Of a stretch of DNA of 64,000 bases, positions 28,147 to 37,596 are shown piece after piece. A program made the translations under genes and the position numbers. The notes beneath the pieces were generated by a model. It made no database searches, was not told the origin of the DNA, and worked only from the letters and a program-made list of their open reading frames with translations. How positions within the stretch are numbered: the first letter of the stretch is position 1; each line of letters opens with the position of its first letter. Source of the stretch: an uncultured Actinomycetota bacterium (lineage in GTDB: Bacteria; Actinomycetota; Actinomycetes; Mycobacteriales; CADCTP01); contig CAWATS010000007.1 in assembly GCA_963785005.1 (NCBI GenBank), positions 1,059,791-1,123,790 of the forward strand, in the 5' to 3' direction.

Positions 28147-29903
28147 CGGTCGGGCGCCCCGGCTCGCCGCGCTGCTGCTGCTCGCGGCCGGCGCGCTGCG
28201 GACGGTGTGGGCGGTCGCCGCGGTCGCGTCGGTCGGGCAGCTCGCCGTCGCCGCCGTCGTGCCGTCCACAGTGGACCACCAGGTGTCGCTGGTCGCCTCG
28301 GTCTCGCCGGTGCCGGCGACCGTGCCGCGGCCGGGCGACTTCGCCGTCGCGGTGGGCGAGGCGCCGGTGCCGAGCACGGCGAGACCGGTGCTGTCGGACC
28401 GGCTCGCGCTGGCGCTGGTGGTGGACGGGTCCGCCGCCGGGAGGCCCGCCCTGCAGGCGACGGTGAACGGCGCGACCGACCTCCTGCTGCAGCTGCCGGC
28501 CTCGGCGCGGTCGGCGGCGGTCGTCGACACCGGGCCGCCGGCGGTGCCGGCGCCGCTGAGCCGGGGACCGACCAGCGCGGTCGGCGCGCTCAGCGCGGTG
28601 CGGTCCGGCGGCGAGCGGCGTACGGCGCAGGCGCTGGCGCTGGCCGTCGAGCAGCTGCCGCGCGACGCCACGACGCCGCGGGTGGTCGTGCTGACCACTG
28701 GCGCGGCGGACGCCGGCGGCGAGCCGGCCGACGAGCTCGGCCGCCGGCTGCGCGAGGCGCGGGTCCTGCTCGCGGTCGTCGGCACCGGGCCGGACCAGGC
28801 CTACTGGGCGGCGGCGGCCGGGGAGACCGGGGGGCTGCTGGTCGACGCACGACGGACGACGCCGCTGGCCGCGTTCGGCGCGGTCGCCGCCGGCCTGCGG
28901 GGACGCTATCTCGTCACCTTCCCGCTGCCCGGGCGGCTGCCGACCCGGGTCACGGTCCGGCTGGACACCGCGGGCGGGCCGCTCAGCGCGGGCGCCGCGG
29001 TGCCGGCGGCGGCACCCGTCGACGCGCCGGCCGCGCCCGCCGATCCCCCCGCCGGGGGTCGCGGTGGTCCCGGTGGCGGGCTGGTGCTGGTGTTGGTGCT
29101 CGCGCTGGCCGCCGGGGCGGGTGCGCTGGTGCGGGCGCTGCGCCGCCGCGGCCGCCCGCGCCCATCGGCTCCGGCACCGCCCGCGGCCCCGGTTGCACCC
29201 GCGGCGGCGCCACATCCACCGCGCGTCACTCCCCTCCTCCGCCGCGACTCGACCCCGACTCCCGCCCCAGACCCGGACCCGGGCCCCGCGGGCGAGGCCG
29301 ACTCCCCGGCCGAGGCCCGCTCCCCGGCCGAGGCCCACTCCCCGGAGGCCGACTCCCGGCCGAGGCCACTCCCCGGCCGAGGCCGGCTCCCCGGAGGCCG
29401 GCTCTGCGGGCGAGGCCGAGCCCGGTCTCGCCGGCTCGCCGGACGGTGCGGCGCGCCGGGCCGGTCCGGAGCCGGCCGACACCGACACCGACGCCGACGC
29501 CGACGAGAACGCGTACCGGCAGCTGGACGCCGAGGTCGGCCTGGCCGCCGCCGCGGTGGAGGACGGCCACCTCGACGCCCGCCGCGCGGTCGCCCGCATC
29601 GCCCTGGCCGCTCCCGGCCGCCCCGACCTGCTGGACCGGGTAGCGGACACCGAACGGCGGATGGCCGGCGCAAGGCTCGCCGCCTCACCGGCGACGTCGA
29701 CCGTGCTGGACCTGCTGGCGGCCGCGCGGCGCGTCCTCACCGGCGAGACGACCCTGGTCGGTCCGGACGGCGCGCGGGTCGAACAGGCCGGCCGGCGGCT
29801 CCGGCTGACCCGCGACGGCGAGCCGGACCGCGACGTCGACTCCGTCGGGGAGCTGGCCCGGCACGTCGACCTCGCCGCGCTCGCCGAGGAGTCGCCCGGC
29901 TGA
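28118..29903 (+). pseudogene. vWA-like / TM / repeat-tailed protein; frame lost inside an (E)A-x-SP-A-E tandem repeat at ~29350-29370
   Basis: Signal-like N-terminus. 'LALVVDGSAAG' is an imperfect MIDAS. TM helix 'GLVLVLVLALAAGAGALV'. The C-terminal 180 aa ('...ENAYRQLDAEVGLAAAAVEDGHLDARR...') read only in the 29064..29903 frame. Two repeat units are each one C shorter than their neighbours ('gactcccggcc' and 'gaggccactcc'). Confidence 0.6.
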
Positions 29904-29919
29904 CGCGGCCGGCCCGGCG

Positions 29920-30303
29920 TCAGCCGCCGCTGCCGTACGGACGGGTGATGATCTCCAGGAAGTGCCCGCTGGGTTCCTCCCAGTAGACCCCCCGCCCGCC
30001 GTCGTTGGTGTTGACCTCCCCCGGCCGGCGCCGCGCCGGGTCGGCCCAGTAGGGCAGCGCACGCTCGCGGATGCGGCCGAAGATGGCGTCGAACTCGGCC
30101 TCGCCGACAAGGAACGCGTAGTGCTGAGCGTTCACCGGCCCGTCCACCTCGAGGAAGTCGAGGGAGACCTCGTTGTCGGCCTCGACGACCAGGAACGGCC
30201 CGTACGGGGTCGGGTCCGCCAGGCCCAGGATCCCGGCGAGGAACGTCGCCGACTCCCGCTTGTCCCGGACCCGGACGATCGTGTGGTTCAGCTGGACGGG
30301 CAT
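29920..30303 (-). CDS. VOC (glyoxalase/bleomycin-resistance) family protein
   Basis: 'LNHTIVRVRD...HYAFLV...' single VOC module. Confidence 0.85.
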   Translation of the reverse strand: MPVQLNHTIVRVRDKRESATFLAGILGLADPTPYGPFLVVEADNEVSLDFLEVDGPVNAQHYAFLVGEAEFDAIFGRIRERALPYWADPARRRPGEVNTNDGGRGVYWEEPSGHFLEIITRPYGSGG

Positions 30304-30421
30304 CCGACCTCCTTACCGCGGTGGTCGGCACCATCTCTCGCGACGGCTCGCGGCGACAAGCGGTTTCCGCGCTCGGCGGAGGCCCCGGCCGGTGCGGCCG
30401 GGGCCTCGGGTCACCGCCGGG

Positions 30422-30967
30422 TCACCAGCGGTGCGCGACGTCGATCACGATGCGGGAGCCGCCGCCCGGACCGTCCAGGGTGAACACCCGGAACGGCAGC
30501 CGGGCGCGCACGCCGAGGCCGACCGTGCTCTGGCCCTCGAAGCTGCCGGCCCAGGCGACCTGGCGGAAGGTCCGCCAGCCGCCGACGGCGGCGAGCTCGG
30601 ACGGGTTGCGCGGCCGGTAGGTCGCCCGGCCGCTGTCGTCGTACGCCGCCGCCCGCGCGACGATCTGCAGCTTCGCGCCGCCGCGCAGCGGGACGACCTG
30701 ACCGGCGCCGTCGGTCCGGACCTGGTCGACGTAGCTCACCCGGTAGCCGCGGGCCCGGCCGTCGAGGTCGAGCACCAGCCGGTCGTAGCAGGCGTGCCGG
30801 CCGGCGCGGACGCCCGTCAGGTGCGCGCTGCTCCCGGCGCCGGCGTCCTTCGCCAGCGACCCCCACCGGATCCCGCAGTACGGTGCGTCGGCGGCGGCCA
30901 CCGGGGCCACCCACGCCGTCACGCCGAGTCCAACCGCCGCGGCCACCGCCGCCAGCCATCGTCTCAT
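30422..30967 (-). CDS. Secreted hypothetical protein (AMIN/GerMN-like, tentative)
   Basis: Signal peptide 'MRRWLAAVAAAVGLGVTAWVAPVAAA'. 'VRAGRHACYDRLVLDLDG...GYRVSYVD' pattern. Confidence 0.62.
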   Translation of the reverse strand: MRRWLAAVAAAVGLGVTAWVAPVAAADAPYCGIRWGSLAKDAGAGSSAHLTGVRAGRHACYDRLVLDLDGRARGYRVSYVDQVRTDGAGQVVPLRGGAKLQIVARAAAYDDSGRATYRPRNPSELAAVGGWRTFRQVAWAGSFEGQSTVGLGVRARLPFRVFTLDGPGGGSRIVIDVAHRW

Positions 30968-31126
30968 CGCCGGTCCCTCCCCCACCTGATCCGGCACGTC
31001 GTCCGGGTACCTGTCAGGACGCCGGGCCGGCGGGAACGGATTACCTGGCGGGCAGCGGAGCTGAGCCGGAACCGTTCCGCGGCTGATGGCCGTTGGCGAC
31101 CGCCTCGTGCGGACCGGCGAGGCCGA

Positions 31127-31160
31127 GAGGCCGGACGCACCCGTGGATGCGTCCGGCCTC
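31127..31160. terminator. 13-bp perfect GC-rich hairpin, 15 nt downstream of the SRPBCC gene stop
   Basis: 'gaggccggacgca' pairs with 'tgcgtccggcctc' across an 8-nt loop. No clear U-tract, as is common for high-GC actinobacterial terminators. Confidence 0.5.
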
Positions 31161-31174
31161 CGGCGCGGTGCCAC

Positions 31175-31636
31175 TCAGAGGGTCTTGAGCAGCTCGGCGA
31201 GCCGGTCGTAGGTCTCCCGCGCGCCGCCCTCCATGCCCGAGGCGACCATCCCGTCCCGGTCCGCCAGGGACTGGAACACCGACGTGGCGGTCACCTTGGT
31301 CCGGCCGCCCAGGTCCTCGAGCGTCGCCGTGTCGAGCGCGACGTGCCCCGGCACGCCCTCGAACTCGAAGGTCTGCACGATCTGCTCGGGCGAGGCGGCG
31401 TGGATCACGCCGTGGAACGCGTACTCGTTGCCCTCGGCGTCCCGGTGCACGAAGCGCCACTGCCCACCCGGCCGCGCGTCCAGCTTGTCGACCACGGTCT
31501 CGTACTCGCTCGGCCCCCACCACCGCGGGATGAGGTCCGGGTCGGTGTAGGCCCGGTACACCAGCTCGCGCGGCGCGTCGAAGGTCCGCGTCATCACGAT
31601 CTCCTGCTTGCCCGGCTCGACGACGATCTCGGTCAC
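31175..31636 (-). CDS. SRPBCC (AHSA1/START-like) family protein
   Basis: 'TRTFDAPRELVYRAYTDPDLIPRWWGP...GGQWRF' typical Aha1-like motif. GTGA overlap with arsR. Confidence 0.85.
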   Translation of the reverse strand: MTEIVVEPGKQEIVMTRTFDAPRELVYRAYTDPDLIPRWWGPSEYETVVDKLDARPGGQWRFVHRDAEGNEYAFHGVIHAASPEQIVQTFEFEGVPGHVALDTATLEDLGGRTKVTATSVFQSLADRDGMVASGMEGGARETYDRLAELLKTL

Positions 31637-31977
31637 TGTCCTGTCTCCTTCTCTGTCCGTTTCAACTCCTGCAACGCCTGGTCCAGCCGGTCGAACCGGT
31701 CGCCCGCGAGTCGCCGGTAGCGCTCGATCCAGTCCACGGAGGTCTCCAGCGGCGCCTCCCGGAGCCGGGCCGGCCGCCGCTGCCCGTCCCGGCCCCGGGT
31801 GATCAGTCCGGCCCGCTCGAGCACCTTGAGGTGTTTGGAGACCGCCTGCGGGCTGATCGAATGCTGCTCGGCCAGCTCGATGAGCGTCGCCTCCCCGGCG
31901 GCCAGCCGGGTCAGGATCGCTCGGCGGACGGGGTCGGCGAGGGCGGCGAACGTGGCGCTGAGCCCGTCCTCCGCCAT
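31633..31977 (-). CDS. ArsR/SmtB family transcriptional regulator
   Basis: 'FAALADPVRRAILTRLAAGEATLIELAEQHSISPQAVSKHLKVLERAGLI' wHTH. Confidence 0.88.
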   Translation of the reverse strand: MAEDGLSATFAALADPVRRAILTRLAAGEATLIELAEQHSISPQAVSKHLKVLERAGLITRGRDGQRRPARLREAPLETSVDWIERYRRLAGDRFDRLDQALQELKRTEKETGQ

Positions 31978-31995
31978 TATCAACCCCTTGGTTTA

Positions 31996-32011
31996 TCAAC
32001 CGACAGGTTGA
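31996..32011. promoter_or_regulatory. TCAACC-N4-GGTTGA perfect inverted repeat, plus a TTATCAACC direct repeat (31977 and 31993), upstream of arsR
   Basis: Read directly. Lies in the only AT-richer stretch of this intergenic region. Candidate ArsR operator. Confidence 0.4.
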
Positions 32012-32098
32012 ACTATGGCGCGGCCGGTGGCGCCTGTCAAGGGGCGGCGCGGGTCGGCCAGGCCCGCGCCGGACGTGCAGGTGTCGACCTGCGGGCGG

Positions 32099-32599
32099 TC
32101 AGCCGGACAGCCGGCGCCGCAGCGCGGCGTCCTTGGCGCGCGCGGTCTCGGCCAGCGCGGCCTGGTGCTCGACCATGCGCGCCCGAAGGCCGGCGTCCGC
32201 GGTGGCGAGGATCCGGACCGCGAGCAGCCCGGCGTTGCGGCCGCCGGCGACGGACACGGTGGCGACCGGGATCCCCGCCGGCATCTGCACGATCGAGAGC
32301 AGCGAGTCCAGCCCGTCCAGGTGCTGCAGCGGGACCGGCACGCCGATCACCGGCAGCGGGGTGAGGCTGGCGACCATCCCGGGCAGGTGGGCCGCTCCGC
32401 CGGCGCCCGCGACGATCACCCGCAGTCCCCGGTCCACCGCCGCGCCGGCGTACTCGACCATGTCCCGCGGGGTCCGGTGCGCCGAGACGACCCGCACCTC
32501 GTGCGCCACCCCGAACTCGCTCAGCACGTCGGCCGCGCCGGACAGCACCGACCAGTCCGAGTCGCTGCCCATGATCACGCCCACGATCGGGTCGGTCAT
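32099..32599 (-). CDS. purE: 5-(carboxyamino)imidazole ribonucleotide mutase
   Basis: '[11 protein letters not shown]', 'SAHRTP' and '[10 protein letters not shown]'. Confidence 0.93.
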   Translation of the reverse strand: MTDPIVGVIMGSDSDWSVLSGAADVLSEFGVAHEVRVVSAHRTPRDMVEYAGAAVDRGLRVIVAGAGGAAHLPGMVASLTPLPVIGVPVPLQHLDGLDSLLSIVQMPAGIPVATVSVAGGRNAGLLAVRILATADAGLRARMVEHQAALAETARAKDAALRRRLSG

Positions 32600-33759
32600 G
32601 GGCGCGCCTCGGGTGGCAGACCGGTCGCCAGGTACGCCGCCGCCGCGGTCGCGTCCCGCCGGAGCGGGGCGAGGTCGCCGCCGAGCGCCGTCACGTGCCC
32701 GAGCTTGCGGCCGGGCCGCGGCTGCTTCCCGTACAGGTGGACCTTGAGCTCGGGCCACCGGGCGGCCAGGTGGTGCAGCCGCTCGTCCAGCCCCGGGCCG
32801 TCGGTGCGCCCGGCGATCACGTTCGCCATCGCGACCGCCGGCGCGGTCATCCCGGTGGCGCCGAGCGGGTAGTCGAGCACCGCCCGCAGGTGCTGCTCGA
32901 ACTGCGACGTCCGGGCACCCTCGATGGTCCAGTGGCCGCTGTTGTGCGGGCGCATCGCCAGCTCGTTGACAAGCAGCTCCCCGTCGGTCCGCTCGAACAG
33001 CTCGACGGCCAGCACGCCGACGACGTCCAGCTCGCGGACGAGCCGCAGCGCGATCCGCTCGGCCCGCTCCGCGACATCGGCCGGCAGGCCGGGCGCCGGG
33101 GCGAGCACCTCGACGCAGATGCCGTCCCGCTGGACGGTCTGCACCACCGGCCACGCCGCGCCCTGCCCGTACGGCGACCGCGCCGCTAGCGCGGCCAGCT
33201 CCCGCCGGAGCGGCACCAGCTCCTCGACCAGCAGCGGCACGCCGGAGGCCAGCAGCGGGCCGGCGTCGGCCGCGGTCTGCAGCACCCACACGCCGCGCCC
33301 GTCGTAGCCGCCGCGGACCGCCTTGACGACCACCGGCCACGTCCCGCCGGCGAAGCGCCGCACGTCCTCGACCGATCCGACCGGCGCCCAGCGCGGCACC
33401 GGCAGGCCCAGCTCGCCGAGCCGGGCCCGCATCACCTGCTTGTCCTGCGCGTGCAGCAGCGCGGCGGCGCCGGGCAGCACGGTGTGGCCGGCCGCGGCCA
33501 GCCGGTGCAGGTGCTCCGGCGGGACGTGCTCGTGGTCGAAGGTGAGCACGTCGCACGACTTGGCGAAGGTCTGCAGGTCGTCGTACGAGGTGTGCTCGCC
33601 GATCACGACGTCCCGCGCGACCAGCGCCGCGGCGTCGTCGGGCGCCGCGGCCAGCACCCGCAGCGACTGGCCGAGCGCGATCGCGGCCTGGTGCGTCATC
33701 CGGGCGAGCTGCCCGGCACCGACCATCCCCACCACGGGCAGGCCGGTGCTCTGGTGCAT
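32596..33759 (-). CDS. purK: 5-(carboxyamino)imidazole ribonucleotide synthase
   Basis: ATP-grasp pattern: '[12 protein letters not shown]', 'GYDGRGV' and '[14 protein letters not shown]'. ATGA overlap with purE. Confidence 0.93.
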   Translation of the reverse strand: MHQSTGLPVVGMVGAGQLARMTHQAAIALGQSLRVLAAAPDDAAALVARDVVIGEHTSYDDLQTFAKSCDVLTFDHEHVPPEHLHRLAAAGHTVLPGAAALLHAQDKQVMRARLGELGLPVPRWAPVGSVEDVRRFAGGTWPVVVKAVRGGYDGRGVWVLQTAADAGPLLASGVPLLVEELVPLRRELAALAARSPYGQGAAWPVVQTVQRDGICVEVLAPAPGLPADVAERAERIALRLVRELDVVGVLAVELFERTDGELLVNELAMRPHNSGHWTIEGARTSQFEQHLRAVLDYPLGATGMTAPAVAMANVIAGRTDGPGLDERLHHLAARWPELKVHLYGKQPRPGRKLGHVTALGGDLAPLRRDATAAAAYLATGLPPEARP

Positions 33760-33822
33760 GCCGGGAGGTTAGCCTGGGCCCTTCTCCGCACGCGGGGAGC
33801 TCGACGGCGGCCGCGGCCCGCC

Positions 33823-34209
33823 CTAGCGCTCCCGGACTCCGAAGCCCCGGTCCCGGGCCGCGACGGCGAGGCGGTCGTCGAAGGTCGCCACGGACGCATG
33901 GGTCTGCTCGGCCGCGAGCAGCACGCAGCAGTCCGGCAGCCTCAGTCCGGTCCCGGCCCGGAGCACCGCCAGGCGGACCGGGGCGTCCTCCTCCAGGGCC
34001 ACGCTCGCCACCTCGAGCTGGTGCAGCGCCGCGCCGGCCCGGTCGAGCAGCCCGGCACGGGCCGGACCCACGAGGACCTCGGCGAGGGTCAGCGGGCTCG
34101 CGGCGAGCGGCTCCTCGGGCAGCCTCATCAGCAGGTCGAAGGCACGGTCGTGGTGGGCGTCCGACGCGTCCAGGTGCGCGATCAGGACGCTGGCGTCCAG
34201 CACGATCAC
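33823..34209 (-). CDS. vapC: PIN-domain toxin
   Basis: '[11 protein letters not shown]' (first acidic PIN residue) and a later D/E set. GTGA overlap with the upstream antitoxin gene. Confidence 0.82.
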   Translation of the reverse strand: MIVLDASVLIAHLDASDAHHDRAFDLLMRLPEEPLAASPLTLAEVLVGPARAGLLDRAGAALHQLEVASVALEEDAPVRLAVLRAGTGLRLPDCCVLLAAEQTHASVATFDDRLAVAARDRGFGVRER

Positions 34210-34475
34210 CTGGGCCAGTCCTCGCGCAGCTTCGTCAGGTAGCCCTCGCCGTACGCGCCGGTGAGCGCGCCACTGGTGCGGGCGACCGCGTTCCGCCGGT
34301 CCTCGGACCGGTGCCGCTGCTGGCCCGTGACGGCCCGGTGGCCCTCCTCGAGAAGATGCAACAGGAGGCGGGGACGGTTGTCGCGCTCCTCCGGCCAGCG
34401 CCGCGCGGCGTCGTCGAGTGCCCGGGCGACCTGCTCGGTCTCGGTGATGACATGGCGCCGGCGCGTTGTTGGCAC
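34206..34475 (-). CDS. vapB: Type II antitoxin (VapB-like)
   Basis: 89-aa ORF translationally coupled to the PIN gene. High GC3. Confidence 0.68.
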   Translation of the reverse strand: MPTTRRRHVITETEQVARALDDAARRWPEERDNRPRLLLHLLEEGHRAVTGQQRHRSEDRRNAVARTSGALTGAYGEGYLTKLREDWPR

Positions 34476-34526
34476 CAGCGAAGTGTAACACCGACCGCTC
34501 GGTGCGACACCGCGCGGCCTTGCTCG

Positions 34527-35489
34527 CTAGCGACCGAACTCGTCGGTCAGCCGGTAGGCCGCGTCGACGGTCGGCGGCAGCCCCTCCACCCAGACCCGGG
34601 CCGGTCGGTCAGCCGGCGGCAGCCGGTCGGCGAGCAGCCGGCGCAGCACGGTCACCCGCGGCCCCAGGTCCGGGCCGCGCCCGACCAGGGCCAGCACCCG
34701 GGACGGCCCGTGGCCGCACAGCGTCTCGCCGCCGGAGAAGACGGCGCGGACCGACTCGGCGACGGTCAGCTCACGGCCGAGCCGGGCCAGGTCGGGCGGC
34801 AGGCCGGGGACGGGGACCGGCTCTCCGGGGTCGGTCACCACGAACGCCGCCGTGCGCGCCGGCGGCATCCCGAGCCGCTCCGCCTCCCGGTAGACCTCGC
34901 CCAGGCGGGTGCGCAGGTACGGCAGCGTGACCAGGCCGGTCATCGGGTCCTCGCAGCCGGCGGCACCGCCGGGGGTGCAGGCCACCTCGGTCCAGCCGAG
35001 CGCCAGCGCCCGCACCAGCCCGGCCGGCGCCTCCGTTGGCACGGCCCCGGCCCCGCGGGCGGACCCGGACCCCCGCGGCCCGCCCGTCCCACCGGGGCCG
35101 GGGCCGTGCGCCGCACCCGCGTCGAGCCCCCGCGGCCCGTCCGGGTCCAGAGCACCGTGCAGCGCGGCCAGGTCGGCGAAGGCCTCCTCCAGGCCGACGC
35201 CGGCCTCCGCGCGGGCACGACCCAGCCGGGTGCAGGACGCCGCGGCGTCCCGGCCGTCGCCGACGGCCTCGGCGACCGCGTCGACCGCGGGCACCCACCA
35301 GTCGCCCGGGACGGTCCAGCCGGCCGCCAGGCTGGCCGCCCGCCAGCGTCCGCGCAGCCCGCCGGTCCCGGCCCGGGTGTCCTGGCCCAACTCCGTGCCC
35401 GCCTCCCGCACGCCGGCACGGTCCGACCCCGTGCCTCGGCGCAGGTGGGACGGCTGGCCGGGCGTTCCGTGACGCCGCGCGCTGGGCAT
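34527..35489 (-). CDS. Hypothetical protein, divergent from the sigma-factor gene
   Basis: High-GC3 ORF. 'CEDPMTGLVTLPYLRTRL' faintly recalls the start of GGDEF domains, but no GGDEF motif is present. Confidence 0.5.
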   Translation of the reverse strand: MPSARRHGTPGQPSHLRRGTGSDRAGVREAGTELGQDTRAGTGGLRGRWRAASLAAGWTVPGDWWVPAVDAVAEAVGDGRDAAASCTRLGRARAEAGVGLEEAFADLAALHGALDPDGPRGLDAGAAHGPGPGGTGGPRGSGSARGAGAVPTEAPAGLVRALALGWTEVACTPGGAAGCEDPMTGLVTLPYLRTRLGEVYREAERLGMPPARTAAFVVTDPGEPVPVPGLPPDLARLGRELTVAESVRAVFSGGETLCGHGPSRVLALVGRGPDLGPRVTVLRRLLADRLPPADRPARVWVEGLPPTVDAAYRLTDEFGR

Positions 35490-35538
35490 ATCGTGCGTGA
35501 TCCCCCGGACTTCCCCGGCCGATCGGAGCAGCTCCGCG

Positions 35539-37509
35539 ATGTCCGTCCCGCAGCCGCGTGCCGCCGAGAACGGCGGGCCGAGCGACGCCGAGCTGATCAC
35601 CGCGGTCCGCGGCGGCGACACCGAGGCGTACGGGCAGCTCTACCGCCGGCACGTCGCCTCCGCGCGGCAGCTGGCCCGGCAGCTGACCCGCTCGGCGACC
35701 GACCTGGACGACCTGGTCGCCGAGGCGTTCGCCAAGGTGCTGGACACGCTGCGCGGCGGGGGCGGTCCGGACACCGCCTTCCGGGCGTACCTGCTCACGA
35801 CCCTGCGGAACACCCTGTACGACCGGGTCCGCCGGGACCGGAGGCTGGAGCTGTCCGACGACATGAGCCGGCACGACCCGGGCGTGCCGTGGGTGGACAC
35901 GGCGGTCGCCGGGCTGGAGTCGTCGCTGGCGGCGCGCGCGTTCGCCCGGCTGCCGGAGCGGTGGCAGACGGTGCTCTGGCACACCGAGGTGGAACAGGAG
36001 ACTCCGGCGCAGGTGGCGCCGCTGCTCGGGCTGACCCCGAACGGCGTGGCGGCGCTGGCCTACCGGGCCCGGGAAGGGCTGCGGCAGGCGTACCTGCAGG
36101 AGCACCTGGCGGACGTCGGCGCGGACGGATGCCGCTACACGGTGGAGCGGCTCGGTGCCTGGGCGCGCGGCGCGCTGTCCGCGCGTGAGCGGTCGCGGGT
36201 GGACGAGCACCTGGCCGGGTGCGACCGGTGCCGGCTGCTGGCGGCCGAGCTGGCGGAGGTCAACGGCGGCCTGCGCGGGATCCTCGCGCCGCTGCTGCTG
36301 GGCGCTCCGTTGGCGGCGGCGTACCTGGCCTCGGTCGGTCCCGAGGCCGCCGCGGGCGCCGCTGCCGGCGCCGCTGCGGCGGGCGCCGGCGTGGTGGGCA
36401 CCGGGGCCGGTGCGGCGGGCGCGGGTGCGGGTGCGGCGGGCGCGGCGCGGCGGGCGCGGGTGCGGCGGGCGCGGGCGCGGGTGCGGGTGCGGCGGGCGCG
36501 GGTGCGGCGGGCGCCGGTGCGGCGGGCGGGGCCGCGGGTGCGGCGGGCGCCGGTACGGCGCGGCGGCGCAGGCGGTGGCGCCGCGGCGGGCGCGGGTGCG
36601 GCGGGCGCCGGGGCTGGCGCGGCGGGCGCGGGTGCGGCAGGCGCCAGCGCCGCTGTCGCGGGCGCCGAAGCCGCGGGTGCCGGTGCAGCGGCTGCGGGTG
36701 CGGCGGGCGGCGGCTCCGCGGCCGCGACCGGCGGGTCCGCGCTCGGCACCCTCGCGGGCTGGGTCGTGGGCACCCACGCCGGCCAGGCCGCCGCCGCCGC
36801 GGTGGCCGCGATCGTCGTCGGCGGCGCCGCGATCGGCGTCGGGCTCGACTCCGGCCGCTCCGACGACACCCGAGCCGCGACCCCGTCCACCTCGTCCGCC
36901 TCGTCCGCCTCGGCCGCCTCGTCCGCCGCGGCCGCGGCGACGCCGACCGGAGGCCTGCCGGCCCCGAGCGAGGCCGCCGCCTCCGGCGCCCCCGGCACCG
37001 GCGCCGCCGGCTCCCCGGGCGCGCCCGGCTCACCCGGTGCGGCCGGCTCCTCGGCGTCGCCCGGCGCACCCGGAGCTCCGGTCGGTACCTCGGGCGGCGG
37101 GTCCGGCTCGGCCGGTCCCGTTCTCGACGTGACCGGCGCCGTGGTCACCAAGTCGCTGCGGCAGGGCGAGTCCGGCGAGATCACCATCGTGGTCGGCAAC
37201 ACCGGCAGGTCCGCCGCCAACCAACTCACCGCGACCGTCTCGATGCCGCCCGGCCTCACGGTCGGCTCGTCCGGCGACGATGACACCGACGACGTGCTCG
37301 GCGCGGGCAGCTGGGCGTGCGCCGGCGCCGGCGCGGTCGCGACCTGCACGTCGCCCGCGCTTCCGCCGGGCAGCTCGAGCGAGCTGCGGGTCCCGGTGCA
37401 GGTCGCGCCCGCCGCCGCCGCCGGACCGGTCACCGGGTCGGTGCGGGCCAACGGCGGCGCGGTCACCGTGACCATCCCGACGGCCCTCGTGCCCGTCCTG
37501 CCCTCCTGA
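35539..37509 (+). CDS. ECF-type sigma-70 factor fused to a ZAS-type anti-sigma motif, a low-complexity linker, a TM helix and a C-terminal DUF11/CARDB-like domain
   Basis: Sigma2 'AEAFAKVLDTL...FRAYLLTTLRNTLYDRVR', sigma4 'LPERWQTVLWHTEVEQETPAQVAPLLGLTPNGVAALAYRAREGLR', H-x3-C-x2-C 'HLAGCDRC', TM 'WVVGTHAGQAAAAAVAAIVVGGAAIGVGL', and a beta-sandwich-like 'GESGEITIVVGNTGRSAANQLTATVSMPPGLTV'. Confidence 0.8.
   Translation: MSVPQPRAAENGGPSDAELITAVRGGDTEAYGQLYRRHVASARQLARQLTRSATDLDDLVAEAFAKVLDTLRGGGGPDTAFRAYLLTTLRNTLYDRVRRDRRLELSDDMSRHDPGVPWVDTAVAGLESSLAARAFARLPERWQTVLWHTEVEQETPAQVAPLLGLTPNGVAALAYRAREGLRQAYLQEHLADVGADGCRYTVERLGAWARGALSARERSRVDEHLAGCDRCRLLAAELAEVNGGLRGILAPLLLGAPLAAAYLASVGPEAAAGAAAGAAAAGAGVVGTGAGAAGAGAGAAGAARRARVRRARARVRVRRARVRRAPVRRAGPRVRRAPVRRGGAGGGAAAGAGAAGAGAGAAGAGAAGASAAVAGAEAAGAGAAAAGAAGGGSAAATGGSALGTLAGWVVGTHAGQAAAAAVAAIVVGGAAIGVGLDSGRSDDTRAATPSTSSASSASAASSAAAAATPTGGLPAPSEAAASGAPGTGAAGSPGAPGSPGAAGSSASPGAPGAPVGTSGGGSGSAGPVLDVTGAVVTKSLRQGESGEITIVVGNTGRSAANQLTATVSMPPGLTVGSSGDDDTDDVLGAGSWACAGAGAVATCTSPALPPGSSSELRVPVQVAPAAAAGPVTGSVRANGGAVTVTIPTALVPVLPS
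36340..36720 (+). repeat. Imperfect GCGGGTGCGGCGGGC-type tandem repeats (poly Ala/Gly) inside the sigma-fusion gene
   Basis: Read directly. About 120 nt in the middle (36445-36565) is read one frame off the repeat phase, giving an Arg/Val-rich peptide. Confidence 0.8.
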
Positions 37510-37596
37510 GCCGCGCCGCTGGCCCGCTCTGGGCCAGCGGAGTGAGAGATCGCCGCCGGCATTCCATAACGTGACCGGTGGGCCTATCGTCGCCGA

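Noticed and set aside
29901-29925. 'ctgacgc...gcgtcag' hairpin spanning the two convergent stop codons as a terminator
   Set aside because: It has only a 7-bp stem with a 10-nt loop and is largely formed by the stop codons themselves. This is too weak to call.
36340-36720. Short tandem repeats that could be taken for a CRISPR-like or minisatellite array
   Set aside because: The units are 15 nt, contiguous and without spacers, and they lie inside a coding region (poly Ala/Gly). No cas genes are present.
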